DNA of 64,000 nt from Lytechinus pictus (Eukaryota): the NCBI RefSeq assembly GCF_037042905.1, contig NC_087260.1:3596001-3660000 (forward strand). Direction: 5' to 3'. Shown here piece by piece: positions 39,309-51,534 of this stretch; within the stretch, counting starts at the first letter, position 1, and each line of letters starts with the position of its first letter. A model generated the notes under the pieces. It made no database searches, was not told where the DNA came from, and worked only from the letters and a program-made list of their open reading frames with translations. The translations under genes and the position numbers were made by a program.

Positions 39309-39440
39309 ATATATATATATAGATATTATACAGCTGTATATATATAATAAGATATATATATAATAAGATATTATATGCATATACATATATATATATATAT
39401 AATAAGATATTATATATATATATATATGTATATGCATACA
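39309..39440. repeat. Imperfect (TA)n microsatellite
   Basis: Directly visible; a second tract lies at ~39574-39591. Confidence 0.9.
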
Positions 39441-39894
39441 TCCTACATAAGGGCGAAGTCTATGAATGGGTTTATTCCGTCATAATACACATATAGACGT
39501 AAAGACGAAGGTAGAGGGCATTAAGGCGCATTACGAACATTGAAAGAAGACAAAAAAGACTTAAACACACACATATATATATATATATATAATTTTTCTT
39601 TAAAAGGTAAAATCTAGTCCCTCAAAATACAACTGCTCTGAGATACGTGGTCTAAGACAAATGCTCCAACAAGTTTCACAACAATGTTGCCAGTAAAGAC
39701 ATCTGATAATTGCTGCCAGAAATGAAAATTGGAGGAGCAGTTTTAGCATAATAGGAGTATAATTACACAGAAATATGTCATCAGTTTATTGCAAAGAGAA
39801 CCCCATCACTGGTGAAATAATCAAATGCAATCTCCCTCCCGCATTTCAAGTCCATTCTGTATTACCCAGATGGAACACAAAGATACATTAAAAA

Positions 39895-40501
39895 TTAAAG
39901 GTTAAGTCCACCTCAGAAAAATGTTGATTTGAATCAATGCAGAAAAATCCGACTGGCATAAAGCTGAAATTTTTATCAAAATCAGATGTAAAATAAGAAA
40001 GTTATAACATTTTAAATTTTCGCTTATTTTTCACAAAATAGTTATATGCACAATTGAGTCACTTGCAAATGAGAGAATCGATGATGTCCCTCACTCACTA
40101 TTTCTTTTGTCTTTTGTTTGAATTATACAATATTTCAACTTTACAGATTTGACAATAAAGACCAACTTGACTGAACCACAAAATGTTAAACAATGGTAAT
40201 TCCACATGTTCAGGGCGAAAGAAAACTTTGTTTCACAGGACAATGAGGAGAAAATAAGAATATTTCGTATTTCATATAATAAAATACAAACGAAATAGTG
40301 AGTGAGTGATGTCATCAGTTCCCTAATTTGCATACCGACAAGGATGTGCATATAACTATTTTGTGAAATTGAGCAAAACTTAAAAATGTCATAACTTTCT
40401 TATTCTACATCCGATTTTGATGTTATTTTCAGTGTTGTGCTTGCTGGATTTTTCTCTTTTTATTCAAATCCACATTTCGTTGGGGTGGACTTGTCCTTTA
40501 A
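39895..40501. mobile_element. Kolobok/T2-type MITE, family A
   Basis: TTAA-AGGTTAAGTCCACC...GGTGGACTTGTCCT-TTAA. Confidence 0.9.
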
Positions 40502-40709
40502 GAAAGGGGTTACCCAAGGACAATCTCATATCATTTATGATATTTATGTTTCAATTCCTTGAATCAATCCTGCCTTGGGGCTACCCATGGTCACATCTTA
40601 TAACCAACAATCTTCATAACTCTTAGAGAGTACCTGATAAAACAACCAAAATATTCGACAATGAGCGATTTCATAGAAGGCCAATATTTTCAAGACACTT
40701 TAGGCCTAC

Positions 40710-40925
40710 CTGTAAGAGGAGTTCTTGAAGCTGTGATTTCTTTTGCCTTATACTCTCTAATTTTTTCCTCTTCTCTGTTTCTAACTTGTCGCATTCTTGC
40801 CTTGAGTTCGTTGGCAAACCAATCCATTTAATCTCTTTCTTTTCTTTTGAGATGATGTTCATTGCCATGAGGACATTGAGGGCATCGTAGACCCGCCGCC
40901 TGATGTTTTTCTGATCATACTGATG
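40710..40925 (-). CDS. TFDP1: DP coding exon 7: DEF box and coiled coil
   Basis: [45 protein letters not shown]...LQELLLQ; acceptor ttttatgtag|, donor CAG|gtaggc; 216 nt. Confidence 0.97.
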
Positions 40926-41380
40926 CTACATAAAAGAGGAAAGAAAGAAGACAGCTGGTGTCAAAAAGGGTTTATCATTACACCAGCAACAGCACCAAAC
41001 TTGTCAAGTCACATGCATAATTCTCTAATTCCCATATACTTTGTACTACTTGGTTTCTGTAGGCAACAGGTCCAAGGTGTTGCTGGAACACATGTCACTA
41101 AGTGTTGAGCTATCAGAAATGTGATTGATTTGATGATTTTGTAAACCCAAAACTTTTATTGGAGCTAAATAAGGTAGCCTGGTTCAAAATGTCAACCCCA
41201 ACACAAAACACCCTATCTAGCCCCCACCACCCCCCCCCAATATTTTTCGCAACAAATCTGTAACGCGGAAAGATCGTGCTGCGATATTTCATGACTTTTT
41301 TCCCTTCAAGTCTCCCACAGCTTTGATGACCTATTACCTGCTTTATGGACAAATTATTTCCATATTTCCCTACTTTCCAG

Positions 41381-41649
41381 GGGCCCGTCTTACAAAGAGT
41401 TGCGATTGATCGGATCAATCGCAACTATGGAAAGCCAGCAAAGTCAACATATTAAATGCATGCTTTTTCAAAAAAAAATCTAGATATGAATGTATATTCA
41501 TAAATTCATTGATTTCTTGACAATTTGGTGTGTTCTCCTTTGTTTACAAAGGACATTTTGCAAATTTCCTGTAAAAAAATTCGACACTGATGGATTTCCA
41601 TAGAGTTACGACTGATTGGATCAATTGTAACTCTTTGTAAGACGGGGCC
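41381..41649. mobile_element. MITE family H (Harbinger-like)
   Basis: CAG-GGGCCCGTCTTACAAAGAGTT...AACTCTTTGTAAGACGGGGCC-CAG; 3-bp TSD CAG. Confidence 0.88.
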
Positions 41650-41796
41650 CAGAACTTCCCCAACCTACACAATACTAAAATAGGATACAATACTATACGA
41701 TACTAAAAATCCTACTTTTTTTTTTTTTACTATCACTTTGGCAATGGTCATATATATCAAAAGGGACATTTTTAGAAGAGTAGATAGGCCAAAATA

Positions 41797-41890
41797 AAAC
41801 CACAGCAAAACTTTCATCTCATTTATCAGACATTACTGGAGACAAAACCACAGCAAAACTTTCATCTCATTTATCAGACATTACTAGAGA
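41797..41890. repeat. Near-exact ~47-bp tandem duplication
   Basis: AAAACCACAGCAAAACTTTCATCTCATTTATCAGACATTACT occurs twice. Confidence 0.92.
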
Positions 41891-42351
41891 ACAAAAATTA
41901 TGTTCACAGACATTGCATGGCCTTGATAATTTCACAATACTTGGCTTAATCAGCATATTTTTAACTCATTATTGGTTTTGGTTTCATTTGACGCTATGGC
42001 CATTAATAGAATGGGAAGTTACTGTAATTGCACAAAAATATAACCAATGAGAAGAAAAAATACCCCAGATGCACCATATTAAAAATATGAAATGATTTTA
42101 AAGTTTTTAATCATTTCACAATAAATGCAGTATTAAATCAAATAATTATAACTGTGCCTGCTTATATTACATATTAGATGGATCTATCATTGGGGCCTCA
42201 TAACCCAAGCTTTAGTACAGCAGCTGTAATGCACTCTACATTTCAAGGAAACTCCTGCCAGGTACACATTAATAATGTTTAATACAGACAAAAATGGGAT
42301 AGTTTCTCTCACAGTACTTAACTATAGCCATTCTGTGTAGCTGTTATATAA

Positions 42352-43037
42352 CACAACACGAGGCAAAAGCGATTTTGTGTCTCGCCCGCTTATGAAAATA
42401 GCCAGAAATATCGTGATTAGCGAGGGCACGCAACAGAATTGTATCGAAACTTCATTGTGAAATGACTGCGATGGAATAACACTTGTAATAAGAGCCTTGC
42501 ACGTAAACTTTAATGTTGACCTGAAAATGACCTTTGACCTTACCATGTGACCTCCAACTGCAGCATAACATGCAGGTCCCCCAAGTCCATCTACCATTCA
42601 AGTTTGGTTGAAAAGCGACTTACGGTTGCAGAGTTAGGTGTCATAAGTCTTGCATGTAAACTTTAACGTTGACCTGAAAATGACCTTTGACCTTACCATG
42701 TGACCTCCGACTGCAGCATATCATGCTGGTTCCTTAAGTCCATCTACCATCCAAATTTGGTTGAAAATTGACCTACGGTTGCGGAGTTAGGTGTCATAAG
42801 AGAGTCTTGCATGTAAACTTTAACGTTGACCTGAAAATGACCTTTGACCTTACCATGTGACCTCCGACTGCAGCATAACATGCAGGTCCCCCAAGTCCAT
42901 TTACCATCCAAGTTTGGTTGAAAAGCGACTTACGGTTGTGGAGTTAGGTGTCATTAGGTTTGTGACGGACGGACGACGGACGGACGACATTTGGATCCCT
43001 AAGTCTCGCCTACACCTCTGGTGGGCGAGACAAAAAA
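42352..43037 (-). mobile_element. Helentron-associated non-autonomous element (HINE/DINE-1/pearl type) with three ~154-bp tandem units
   Basis: SubTIR GTCTCGCCC (42379) / GGGCGAGAC (43023), partial IR GTCTCGCC (43003), GACG/GGAC microsatellite (42964-42988), central tandem array 42490-42955, T-run terminus. Confidence 0.82.
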
Positions 43038-43352
43038 GACAGGTTATGGGGCCAGAGTGATCTACACATATGGACACTGTAAAGGATCGTGCAGGCCCCA
43101 AACCCAGCATAGGCGCAATGGCTCCATCTATGGAAAGCAGAATATGCATGATTCATAACTATGGCTCATAATCAATGATCAGAATATTATGTTAAAAATA
43201 TATACATTTATATTTGCCTTATTCATAGCAAAAACAGAGGAACAAGCATGCAAAAAAACACAAAAAAACCCACTAACATACTCATCGGTAAATGGGGGAA
43301 AAAAGGAAGAAATATGCCATAAGAATGGTTGGCATCTTTGGAAGTAGCATAC

Positions 43353-43527
43353 CGATTCTGATGGTAAGAATTGATGTGCTGGCTGACTAAATTCTCTGAC
43401 GAGCTCCTCTGCTACTTCGTTATACGATGTGATGCCTTTCTGCTGTACTTTCTCACAAACCTTCATAGAGAAGTGACGGAGACCCTTTGATTCTTTCTGA
43501 TTCTCCCTCTTCTTCCTCTTGCTACTA
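43353..43527 (-). CDS. TFDP1: DP coding exon 6: basic NLS and start of the winged-helix DNA-binding domain
   Basis: [46 protein letters not shown]; acceptor aaacag|, donor TCG|gtatgc; 175 nt, phase 2->0. Confidence 0.96.
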
Positions 43528-43576
43528 CTGTTTAAAGACAATTATTGAAGGCAAGATTTAAAAAAATGTGTGCTTG

Positions 43577-43990
43577 CAGGGTGCTACATAAGCACTTGCC
43601 CGATTGCCCGGGGCAAGTAAACGTTAGAGTCGGGCAAGTGTTTTGAAGTAAAGACCAAAACTACTTGCCCGAATTGGGCAAGCAAAATTCTCACAGTAGA
43701 ATGACCAAAATTAGGGTCAATATGATATATTGACCCTAATTTGTTTATGGCAGGCAAGATAAAATCACTTCGGAAAAAACAATGCAATAACAAAGTAGAT
43801 CAGTTCATGTCAAAAAGAAAAAGGTCAATGGTTTATAAAACCGCAAAACTTTCTTTTGAAGAGGTAAAACTTTCTTTTTAAGGATTTTTTCGGGCAAGTG
43901 AAATAGATTTTTGGGCAAGTATATTCCAACAATTTAAAAATTTACTTGCCCAACTGGGCAAGTGCTTCTAAAAAGTTATGTAGCACCCTG
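43577..43990. mobile_element. hAT-like non-autonomous element
   Basis: TIRs CAGGGTGCTACATAA / TTATGTAGCACCCTG with repeated subterminal GGGCAAGT/ACTTGCCC; no clean TSD. Right-end fragment of the same family at ~1120-1259. Confidence 0.8.
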
Positions 43991-45180
43991 GCTTGGGACT
44001 GAGAAAAAACAGCAACATCTTGCAAATACTACCATAATAATGTCTCTCAATATCTGGGTGAGTTTCAAAAGCTGTTCGCAAGTTACGAGCAAATTTACAA
44101 ACGACTGGTGATCCTTTCTTGAGGAAAGTTATGCACATCAAATTCTCATTGGTTTGGATATACATGTAGCTCCTAAGAAAAAATTACCAGTCTCTTGTAA
44201 ATTCACTTGTAACAGTTTACAACAGCTTTATGATACTCCAACTAAAACATTTCATCAGGGGAGCATGTCATGGACATGTGTTGTCTGACAAGTTGTCAGA
44301 TCTGACAAATTTCCTTGATTCTGATTGGCTGAGAAGCGTTGTTACTATGGTAACTGTCCAACAAGTCCTTTAACAAAACACTCCCCAGAGAAGCAATATT
44401 AATCAGGCAACTCATCAAAAGTCAATGCCTTGTCTTTGAGCTGGAATCCCACTATGGTTCTAAGCATCTTTTCGTTGCAGCTTTCTGGCAGTCCACAATT
44501 TTAAGGTGACTGTGATGATCTGCTGCTTGCAGGAGATTGCTGCGGGAAAGATGCTGCTCTGACTCTACAAGGTGCCTTAATATGGTAACTGTCGGATAAA
44601 TCATCCGAGGAGTACTTTTACAAATTAGCTTTAATGAAACCATCATTAACAGTCGAGTTTAAAAGAAGGAACATATAAAAAAATAAGGTACAGTATGGTA
44701 TTATGTGAATACAGGCTAACGTACGTGTAATTTGACTTACTTATCAAATTCATCTGAAAAATCACCCCTTCTTTTCTGTGATGACCCTCTGAAAAACAAA
44801 AGATTGAAATGAATGTGATTAATAACATTTGGCATGCATATTATTGGTGGAAACTACGATTTGTAATTTACAGTCAAATAACATTATTCCACTTTATAAC
44901 AAAAATTTCATTTGTGGTAATGATCATAAAATTGATTTTAACATAATCCAATTAAAAAAATATATGTATTAATAATTGTTCGTATAAAATAAAAACAAAT
45001 AAAATATGCCTCAATGGTTCTGGCAGAAACCCCAAAGCAAAGAAAATAATACGCAAATGATTCTGGTATAAAATCAAAACAAAGCAAAATAATATGCCAA
45101 TGATTCTGATAGAAAATGTGTAAAGGCTGCGTAACAAACAAAATAAGAATGTCTTTATCATTAAAAAATGTGTAACTTAC

Positions 45181-45275
45181 GTCGTCCAACTTGGTGATTG
45201 TAAAGCAACAGGTGTGAAAGTTTGTGATTGACTTGGACTCCCAGTTGCTAAGACTTGCCTCTGAGGTGTGAGGAT
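45181..45275 (-). CDS. TFDP1: DP coding exon 5 (ILTPQRQVLATGSPSQSQTFTPVALQSPSWT)
   Basis: Acceptor cttttattgtag|, donor AC|gtaagt; 95 nt, phase 0->2. TPQR, GSP and SPSW motifs as in DP1. Confidence 0.9.
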
Positions 45276-45294
45276 CTACAATAAAAGAAAAATA

Positions 45295-45375
45295 TTATCA
45301 TCATCGTTGTCATCATCGTTATCATCATTCATCATCATCATCATCGTTATCATCATTGTTGTCATCACCATCATC
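45295..45375. repeat. (TCA)n microsatellite
   Basis: Directly visible; abuts the acceptor region of DP exon 5. Confidence 0.9.
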
Positions 45376-46837
45376 CTCCTTCTTTTCTTCTCTCTCCTCC
45401 CCTCCACCTATCAAATACCAATGTACTTTTACTTTTATTTCATCTTTGTATCTGTTTTCCCAACAAAATCTACAGACTAACAAAGATTTCTAATGTTTTG
45501 TTCAAGGGGATCTATGATTTACAATCTAATAGCTTTTTAAATACCTTTCCTCATTTTCCACTCAATAACCCAATTCAATTTGTATACTTGTATGTAGATG
45601 GTTTAACTCTAGATATTTTGGTATACATAATTTCACCTCAAAGAATTGTAACATTTTAATAATTCATGTAAAATATTAGATGTAAATATTGCAAAATACA
45701 TGTACTTGTATAACATGAAACTGAATAATATTCAAGCAAATAAAACAAACAGAAATCGTGCAAGCTTTATTTCCACTTACCCTAAGAAGACGGAGGGGGG
45801 GGGGGGACTGATTCAGTTAAAATTAAGTCCTGAAATATATATTTTTTATTTATTTAAACACAAAATTTTGCCAGGTATCTGTGTGAGAATTCATTTGGAC
45901 TTTGTACAACAAATATTAGAAATGAAAGTGAAACTGAAACTAAAAATACCAGTCCTGCAAGAATGAACATGCGGTACAGAAAAAAAAATGATTGATTGAA
46001 TATGAGTTCAAAAGGAAAGACCAAAATACTACCAATTTATAACATTGTTCCAATGCCTTGTGAAAATGAAAGCTCAATCCTACAAGGATGTACAATGTAG
46101 AGTAAATCACTGCGTAAAATACAATTGTTTTTATACCTAAGATAAAAAACACTAGTTTGGGGTGTGCATACAAAACAGAAATTTACTCTCTTAGACACTA
46201 AGTTATGCCGAAAATACAGGCACATGAACACTCCTTTCATGGAACGTTGCAAAAAGATATTTGTTGATATATCAAAAATAAAAAATAAACAATTTCTGTC
46301 TCAGAAGCTTTAATAATAAAACCTCTTCAAAACCTTTGTGCTAAATCATTATTAACATTTTCCTAAAAACATTCCCTGTTTCATGTTGAATTATTTTCTT
46401 CTACATTTAAAGGTTAAATTGTCAGGAAGTACTCTATTTATGAATATGAAATGTAATCAATACTAATTATTGTGATTGATCATAATTGTAAATTTGTATT
46501 AAGTTACAAAAAAGAAAAAAAATTTTTTTTTAATTTTCTTCATATTTTTCACATATTTTTTTCTTCTGAGATCCATCAGTGGCATTGAAAACTAAAGGTT
46601 AGGGTTGTGTTTAATATGCAGCAATTTACAGTGAAGAGGAGTACATTTTTGCAATAGTTCCTTTCAATTACACAAAGGCATCATTGCATACTGTATATCC
46701 ACAAGAGTAACTTTAAAGAAGTATTGATGGTCAGACCTTTATAAATTATAAAAGAACCGTTTCTTTTTAGGAATTAAAAAAGTTTTAGTCATATGAGATT
46801 GTGTTTCACTATTGAAAGCTCTAGATAGTATACATAC

Positions 46838-46953
46838 CACTGGAAGTGTGTTGACATTGGTTGTCGTGACGATGGTTGCCACTTTGGGTAGGATCTGGGT
46901 GGTGGTCTTCATGGGGGAGGGTTTGGGTGAGATTAACTGAGGAAGATGAACAA
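46838..46953 (-). CDS. TFDP1: DP coding exon 4 (VVHLPQLISPKPSPMKTTTQILPKVATIVTTTNVNTLPV)
   Basis: Acceptor ttcttctctgcag|, donor GTG|gtatgt; 116 nt, phase 1->0. QILPK...NVN matches DP1 QLLPK...NVN. Confidence 0.88.
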
Positions 46954-47549
46954 CTGCAGAGAAGAATGAAAAAAAGAAGAATATTTTTAAAGTTATAATG
47001 GTAACAATCTGCATTTTGATATCATATTATAGGACATTGACAAGACAATATGCATTCTACAGATATTATCATCATGGTCAATGGTCAACCGGGGTTACCT
47101 TATCAAAATGTATTAAAGTATATGTACTTTCTGCACTCCCTGGGAGATTATTCAGCCAATCACTAATACAATGCTAAGAAAACTACATGTATCACCAAAT
47201 GGAGGGTGTCAATATTTAGATGATAGTCTCGTCTACACATGGGACACTTGCCATGTAGTGGTATGTGAACCCCAGGCCGGCATTCAACTGAGAGTACTGA
47301 TTTTTAAAGTTTTTTACTTCGCTATTAAAGCAAAATGCGTAAACCCGTATACAGATCACATCTAAGTACTTTACTTCATGAAGTCAAATTTATGCAAGAT
47401 ATTTACTAATTAACCCTTGTGACGTCATAAAGTTTGACCTAAATTGCATGCAATGTATAAATCCATCTATGCATAGAATATGTGACTGCCGTATCATGAT
47501 TGTAAACTCCACGCAGACCAGTCTGAATTCCAAAATCGATAGGTATTCA

Positions 47550-48147
47550 TTAAAGGACAGGTCCACCCCAACAAAAAGTTGATTTGAATAAAAAGAGAAA
47601 AATTCAACAAGCATGACACTGAAAATTTCATCAAAATCGGATGTTAAATAAGAAAGTTATGACATTTTAAAGTTTCGCTTAATTTCACAAAACAGTTATA
47701 TGCACATCCTGACTGGTGTGCAAATGAGGAGACTATGATGTCATCCACTCACTATTTCTTTTGTATTTTATTATATGAAATATGAAATATTCTAATTTTC
47801 TCCTCATTGTCAAGTGTTACAATGATTAATTCCTCCCTGAACATGTGGAATTAGCATTGTTTAAATCTGTATGGTTCATTCAAGTTGGTCCTTATTGTCA
47901 GATCTATAAAAAATGAAATATTATAATTCAAACAATAAAAAAACAAAAGAAATAGTGAGTGATGGACAGCATCAACTGAGTCACCGAGTTGTGCATATCA
48001 CTGTTTTGTGGAAAATAAGCGAAACTTTAAAATGTCATAACTTTCTTATTTTACATCCGATTTTGATGAAATTTTCAGCACTATGCTAGTTTTATTTTTC
48101 TCTATATATTCAAGTCAGCATTTTCCTGGGGTGGACTTGACCTTTAA
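47550..48147. mobile_element. Kolobok/T2-type MITE, family A
   Basis: TTAA-AGGACAGGTCCACCCC...GGGGTGGACTTGACCT-TTAA. Confidence 0.9.
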
Positions 48148-48834
48148 AGCTTAAGCAAAATATTGAGTAGAATACTTAAAATTCTGGCTAAAGTATAAAT
48201 TTGAATACTGGCCCAGGACTATTTTGTAATACCGGGGGAGTTGCTCTTAGCCCCTGTGTATTTTTTTTTTCTTGTAGAACTTGAAAAACAAGATAACCAC
48301 TCTACTTGTGACTGATTTATACAACTGACTGCATTGATTGTAAATCAGCCCATGACCAATCGCTATGCTGTAGATTTTGAGTCCACTCTTTTGATTTTAA
48401 ACTCTCTCATATTCTATATTCTTTAAAAAAAAGATGACACCAACGAATTTGCTGTAACTTATTTCCGAACTTTACTTTTCATTTCACTGCAAATTTCTTC
48501 AATTTTTTTTTCAACGGGAATGATTTGTTATTTGAGTTGGCAACTGAAGCTCTATACAAAAAGTGGTTTAAGTTGACCTAGATTAACTCAATCAATTCGA
48601 TAAGAATACCAATCAATAATGTCATTGGTTGACTTTTGAAGTGGATTTGAGGATGATCTAAATCATATAACCCCTTTGAATAAGAGAACAACAAAAAAAC
48701 CTTAATCTTAAAGTTTTGTAATTTACAATACCTGTACATCACTCTTGATGGAACATTGTTATGCAACATTGAGGGGATTACATACAGCTTTACTTTTTCT
48801 TCAAGGGTCTATACTTAAAGGAGAATGAAACTCT

Positions 48835-49413
48835 TGGAGCAAGTTAGCGTTTGTGAAAGCAGAAAACTCAAAGAATAAGATCAACAAAAGTTTGAGTAAA
48901 ATAGGACTAGCAATAGAAGAGTTATTGAGCATTCGAATGTGGAGATCACTAATGCTACATGGAGATCCTCCCATTGGCAATGCGACCAAGATCTATGATG
49001 TCACAGATGAACAACTCTCCCCTTTTGGACACTGAAAATAAATATACCCCAAAACATCTCTTTTTGCTCATTCTAATCATATGACAAACGATTCATCAAT
49101 GATATAGTGTTGTGAAACCTCTGTACTTGTCCTCTCATAAAGAGAACACCTCACCTTGTGATAGACTCAATAAAAGTGAGAATATAAGTGAAATAAGTAC
49201 TAAAGTAATGAGGGAGTTGTACGTGAGTGACATCACAGATCTTGGTCGCATTGCCAATGGGAGGATCTACATGGCATTAGTGATCTCAATATTCAAATGC
49301 TCATAACTTTCTTATTATTCATTCAATCTTCCTCAAACTTTCAACAATATGTTTCTTTGATTTTTCTCTTTGATATGGATTCAGCTGGTTTCAAGGGTTT
49401 CATTCTCCTTTAA
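48835..49413. mobile_element. Kolobok/T2-type MITE, family C
   Basis: TTAA-AGGAGAATGAAAC...GTTTCATTCTCCT-TTAA. Confidence 0.92.
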
Positions 49414-49600
49414 TGTCATGAGGGGGGTGTTTCACAAAGACTTATGATTAAAGAGTGACTTAATAGAGTCGCACTTAAATATCCAAATACGTGTGGTAAA
49501 TAATGTTTATAACACATCGCCCCCTTTTTGGTCAAATCATGCGCACTACCACTTGTCTATCAATTACAATGCATGTTGCATATCATGTGCACGTCGGCAT

Positions 49601-49991
49601 TTAAAGGTATTGTTTAACTTTGTGAGCAGCCGATTTAAAAAATTCTCAAACCAAGATGAAACATGTCATGTGTACAAGTGCATGTATTAGAACTAAAAAA
49701 CCCTGAAAACAACCATTATTGAGAATGAAAAGCTAAAACTACAAGGCAAACCCCGATTTTGTAAATGAGCGTCTTATAGACGCCTAAATAGTACACATAA
49801 GTGTATGGGATGAAATTAAGATGGTGTTTTCGGTCACTTTATATTTCAATTTTTGAAGCACTAAATAATTATTTTTGAACGCAATTTTTTCTGGGCTTCA
49901 TTTTTGTAACATATCACAGACACAGGTGACAAGTGTAACCTTCTAGCTCAGATTTTTTTAAAGTCAAACCAATGTTAACCAATCACTTTAA
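49601..49991. mobile_element. Kolobok-type non-autonomous element, family E, nested in a family F MITE
   Basis: TTAA-AGGTATTGTTTAACTTTG...CAATGTTAACCAATCACT-TTAA; a decayed reverse fragment lies at ~9435-9600. Confidence 0.82.
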
Positions 49992-50159
49992 GCAAATGTA
50001 GGTCACGCTTTAATAACTCTGAAAATTACCAGCCAAACTAACTCCAGATTGATCTAAAGCTTTTATATCATTTCCAATGGCATACTATACATGTAGGTTG
50101 TTTTGGAGTTGGGTTTTTGGTGTGACATGAGCATCACTATTGAGAGCTTTGGGGGTATT

Positions 50160-50690
50160 TAAACAAGTCTGGTATTCCCATTCTCTGAACTTTACCCTAG
50201 CACTGTGCAGTCTGTGTGGAAAAAGGAGTCTGGTATTTCCGGTCACCACACTTTACCCTAACACTGTGCAGTCTATGGGTAAAGAGGAGTCTGGTATTTC
50301 CGGTCACTAAGCTTTTAATACCCAAACACTGTGCAGTCTGTAGGGAAAAAAGAGTCTGGTATTTCCGGTCACTACATTGGGGGTGTGACTGTAACATTGT
50401 TGAGACCTTATACCTCAGTCACATTTTCCCTGCGGCGGCTGTACGACGAGTCGAAAAATAGCCATTATAACATTTTTGTACCAGCTACATATAGGTGGTC
50501 TGAAATGAAGATGAATAAAACTGCTGTTTTCGAGTTGTCGTACAGCCGCCGCAGGGGTAATGTGACTGAGGTATTAGGAAGAAAAGATTATGGATCTATG
50601 ATAAGGTATTCCATGGCACTGGGCTGTACCAATTAAAGCACTATGCAGTCTACAGAGAAAAAGGGGCCTGGCATTTCTGATCACTAGATT
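50160..50690. repeat. ~60-bp tandem repeat interrupted by a Harbinger MITE
   Basis: CACTGTGCAGTCT...GAGTCTGGTATTTCCGGTCAC occurs about four times. Confidence 0.85.
50411..50573. mobile_element. PIF/Harbinger-type MITE
   Basis: TTA-TACCTCAGTCACATT...AATGTGACTGAGGTA-TTA; ~45-bp TIRs, 3-bp TSD. Half copy at 53100-53200. Confidence 0.88.
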
Positions 50691-51534
50691 GTACGTGTAT
50701 GCTGAAATTAAACACTGCTCAGCACACTGTAAGGGGGAGTCTAGCCTATGTTGTCACTTGTACATTTTCACTTTTGTAAACTACACATGCACTTTTATGG
50801 CTTAATCTTTAAACCCTGTTTATAGACTGTACCTACTTGCATGTCCATAATTCATACAATAGATACCTTGAATGTATGTGTTGCTATGCATTCTAAACTG
50901 AACGAGACACTGATGAAATACTTTAAGTAGGTTTAAAAAAAACAAAAAAACTAATCATCAGCTTACTGTATGATCCAGAAGATCACTGCAATTTGAATAT
51001 TACAGGTAGATATTATTTCAATTTTATCACAATCATCCATGACGAAAAAGGTGTAAAAATTTTCCGTTCTACATGAACACTTACGGGTAATCCAAAAGAA
51101 TGTCAGACAAATTTAATTTTTTTATAATAATAATTATAATAATACTTCTCTTGTATAGCACATAATAGACTGAAAGTTTCTCTAGGCGCTATACAATAAA
51201 GGAAACAAAATACACATACTGCAAACAAATAAAATAGATATATGTGAATTACAGAAATACTTGATATATCAATGAGAAAACCTTGAAAACCTGAATCTAT
51301 TTGGATATTTTCTGTTACATAAAAAAAATCTGTGCAGGCAACAGTTTTTTTTATGTACATGTATTTGCTTGTATTTGTTTGTCTATAGAAGACTGCAGAT
51401 AGTGTTTGGTGAACTGGTTTACACTCCAATGTCTGACTTTATTTACAGAAATTATATCACACGACACTAGGAGAGCTGCTCAAATGAACTTCACCAAACT
51501 GTCATTAATGTATCTTTTCTTTTTTTCTGCTTTT

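Noticed and set aside
50160-50690. CRISPR-like repeat-spacer array
   Set aside because: Eukaryotic intron, the inter-repeat segments are related to each other, and there are no cas genes; it is an ordinary minisatellite.
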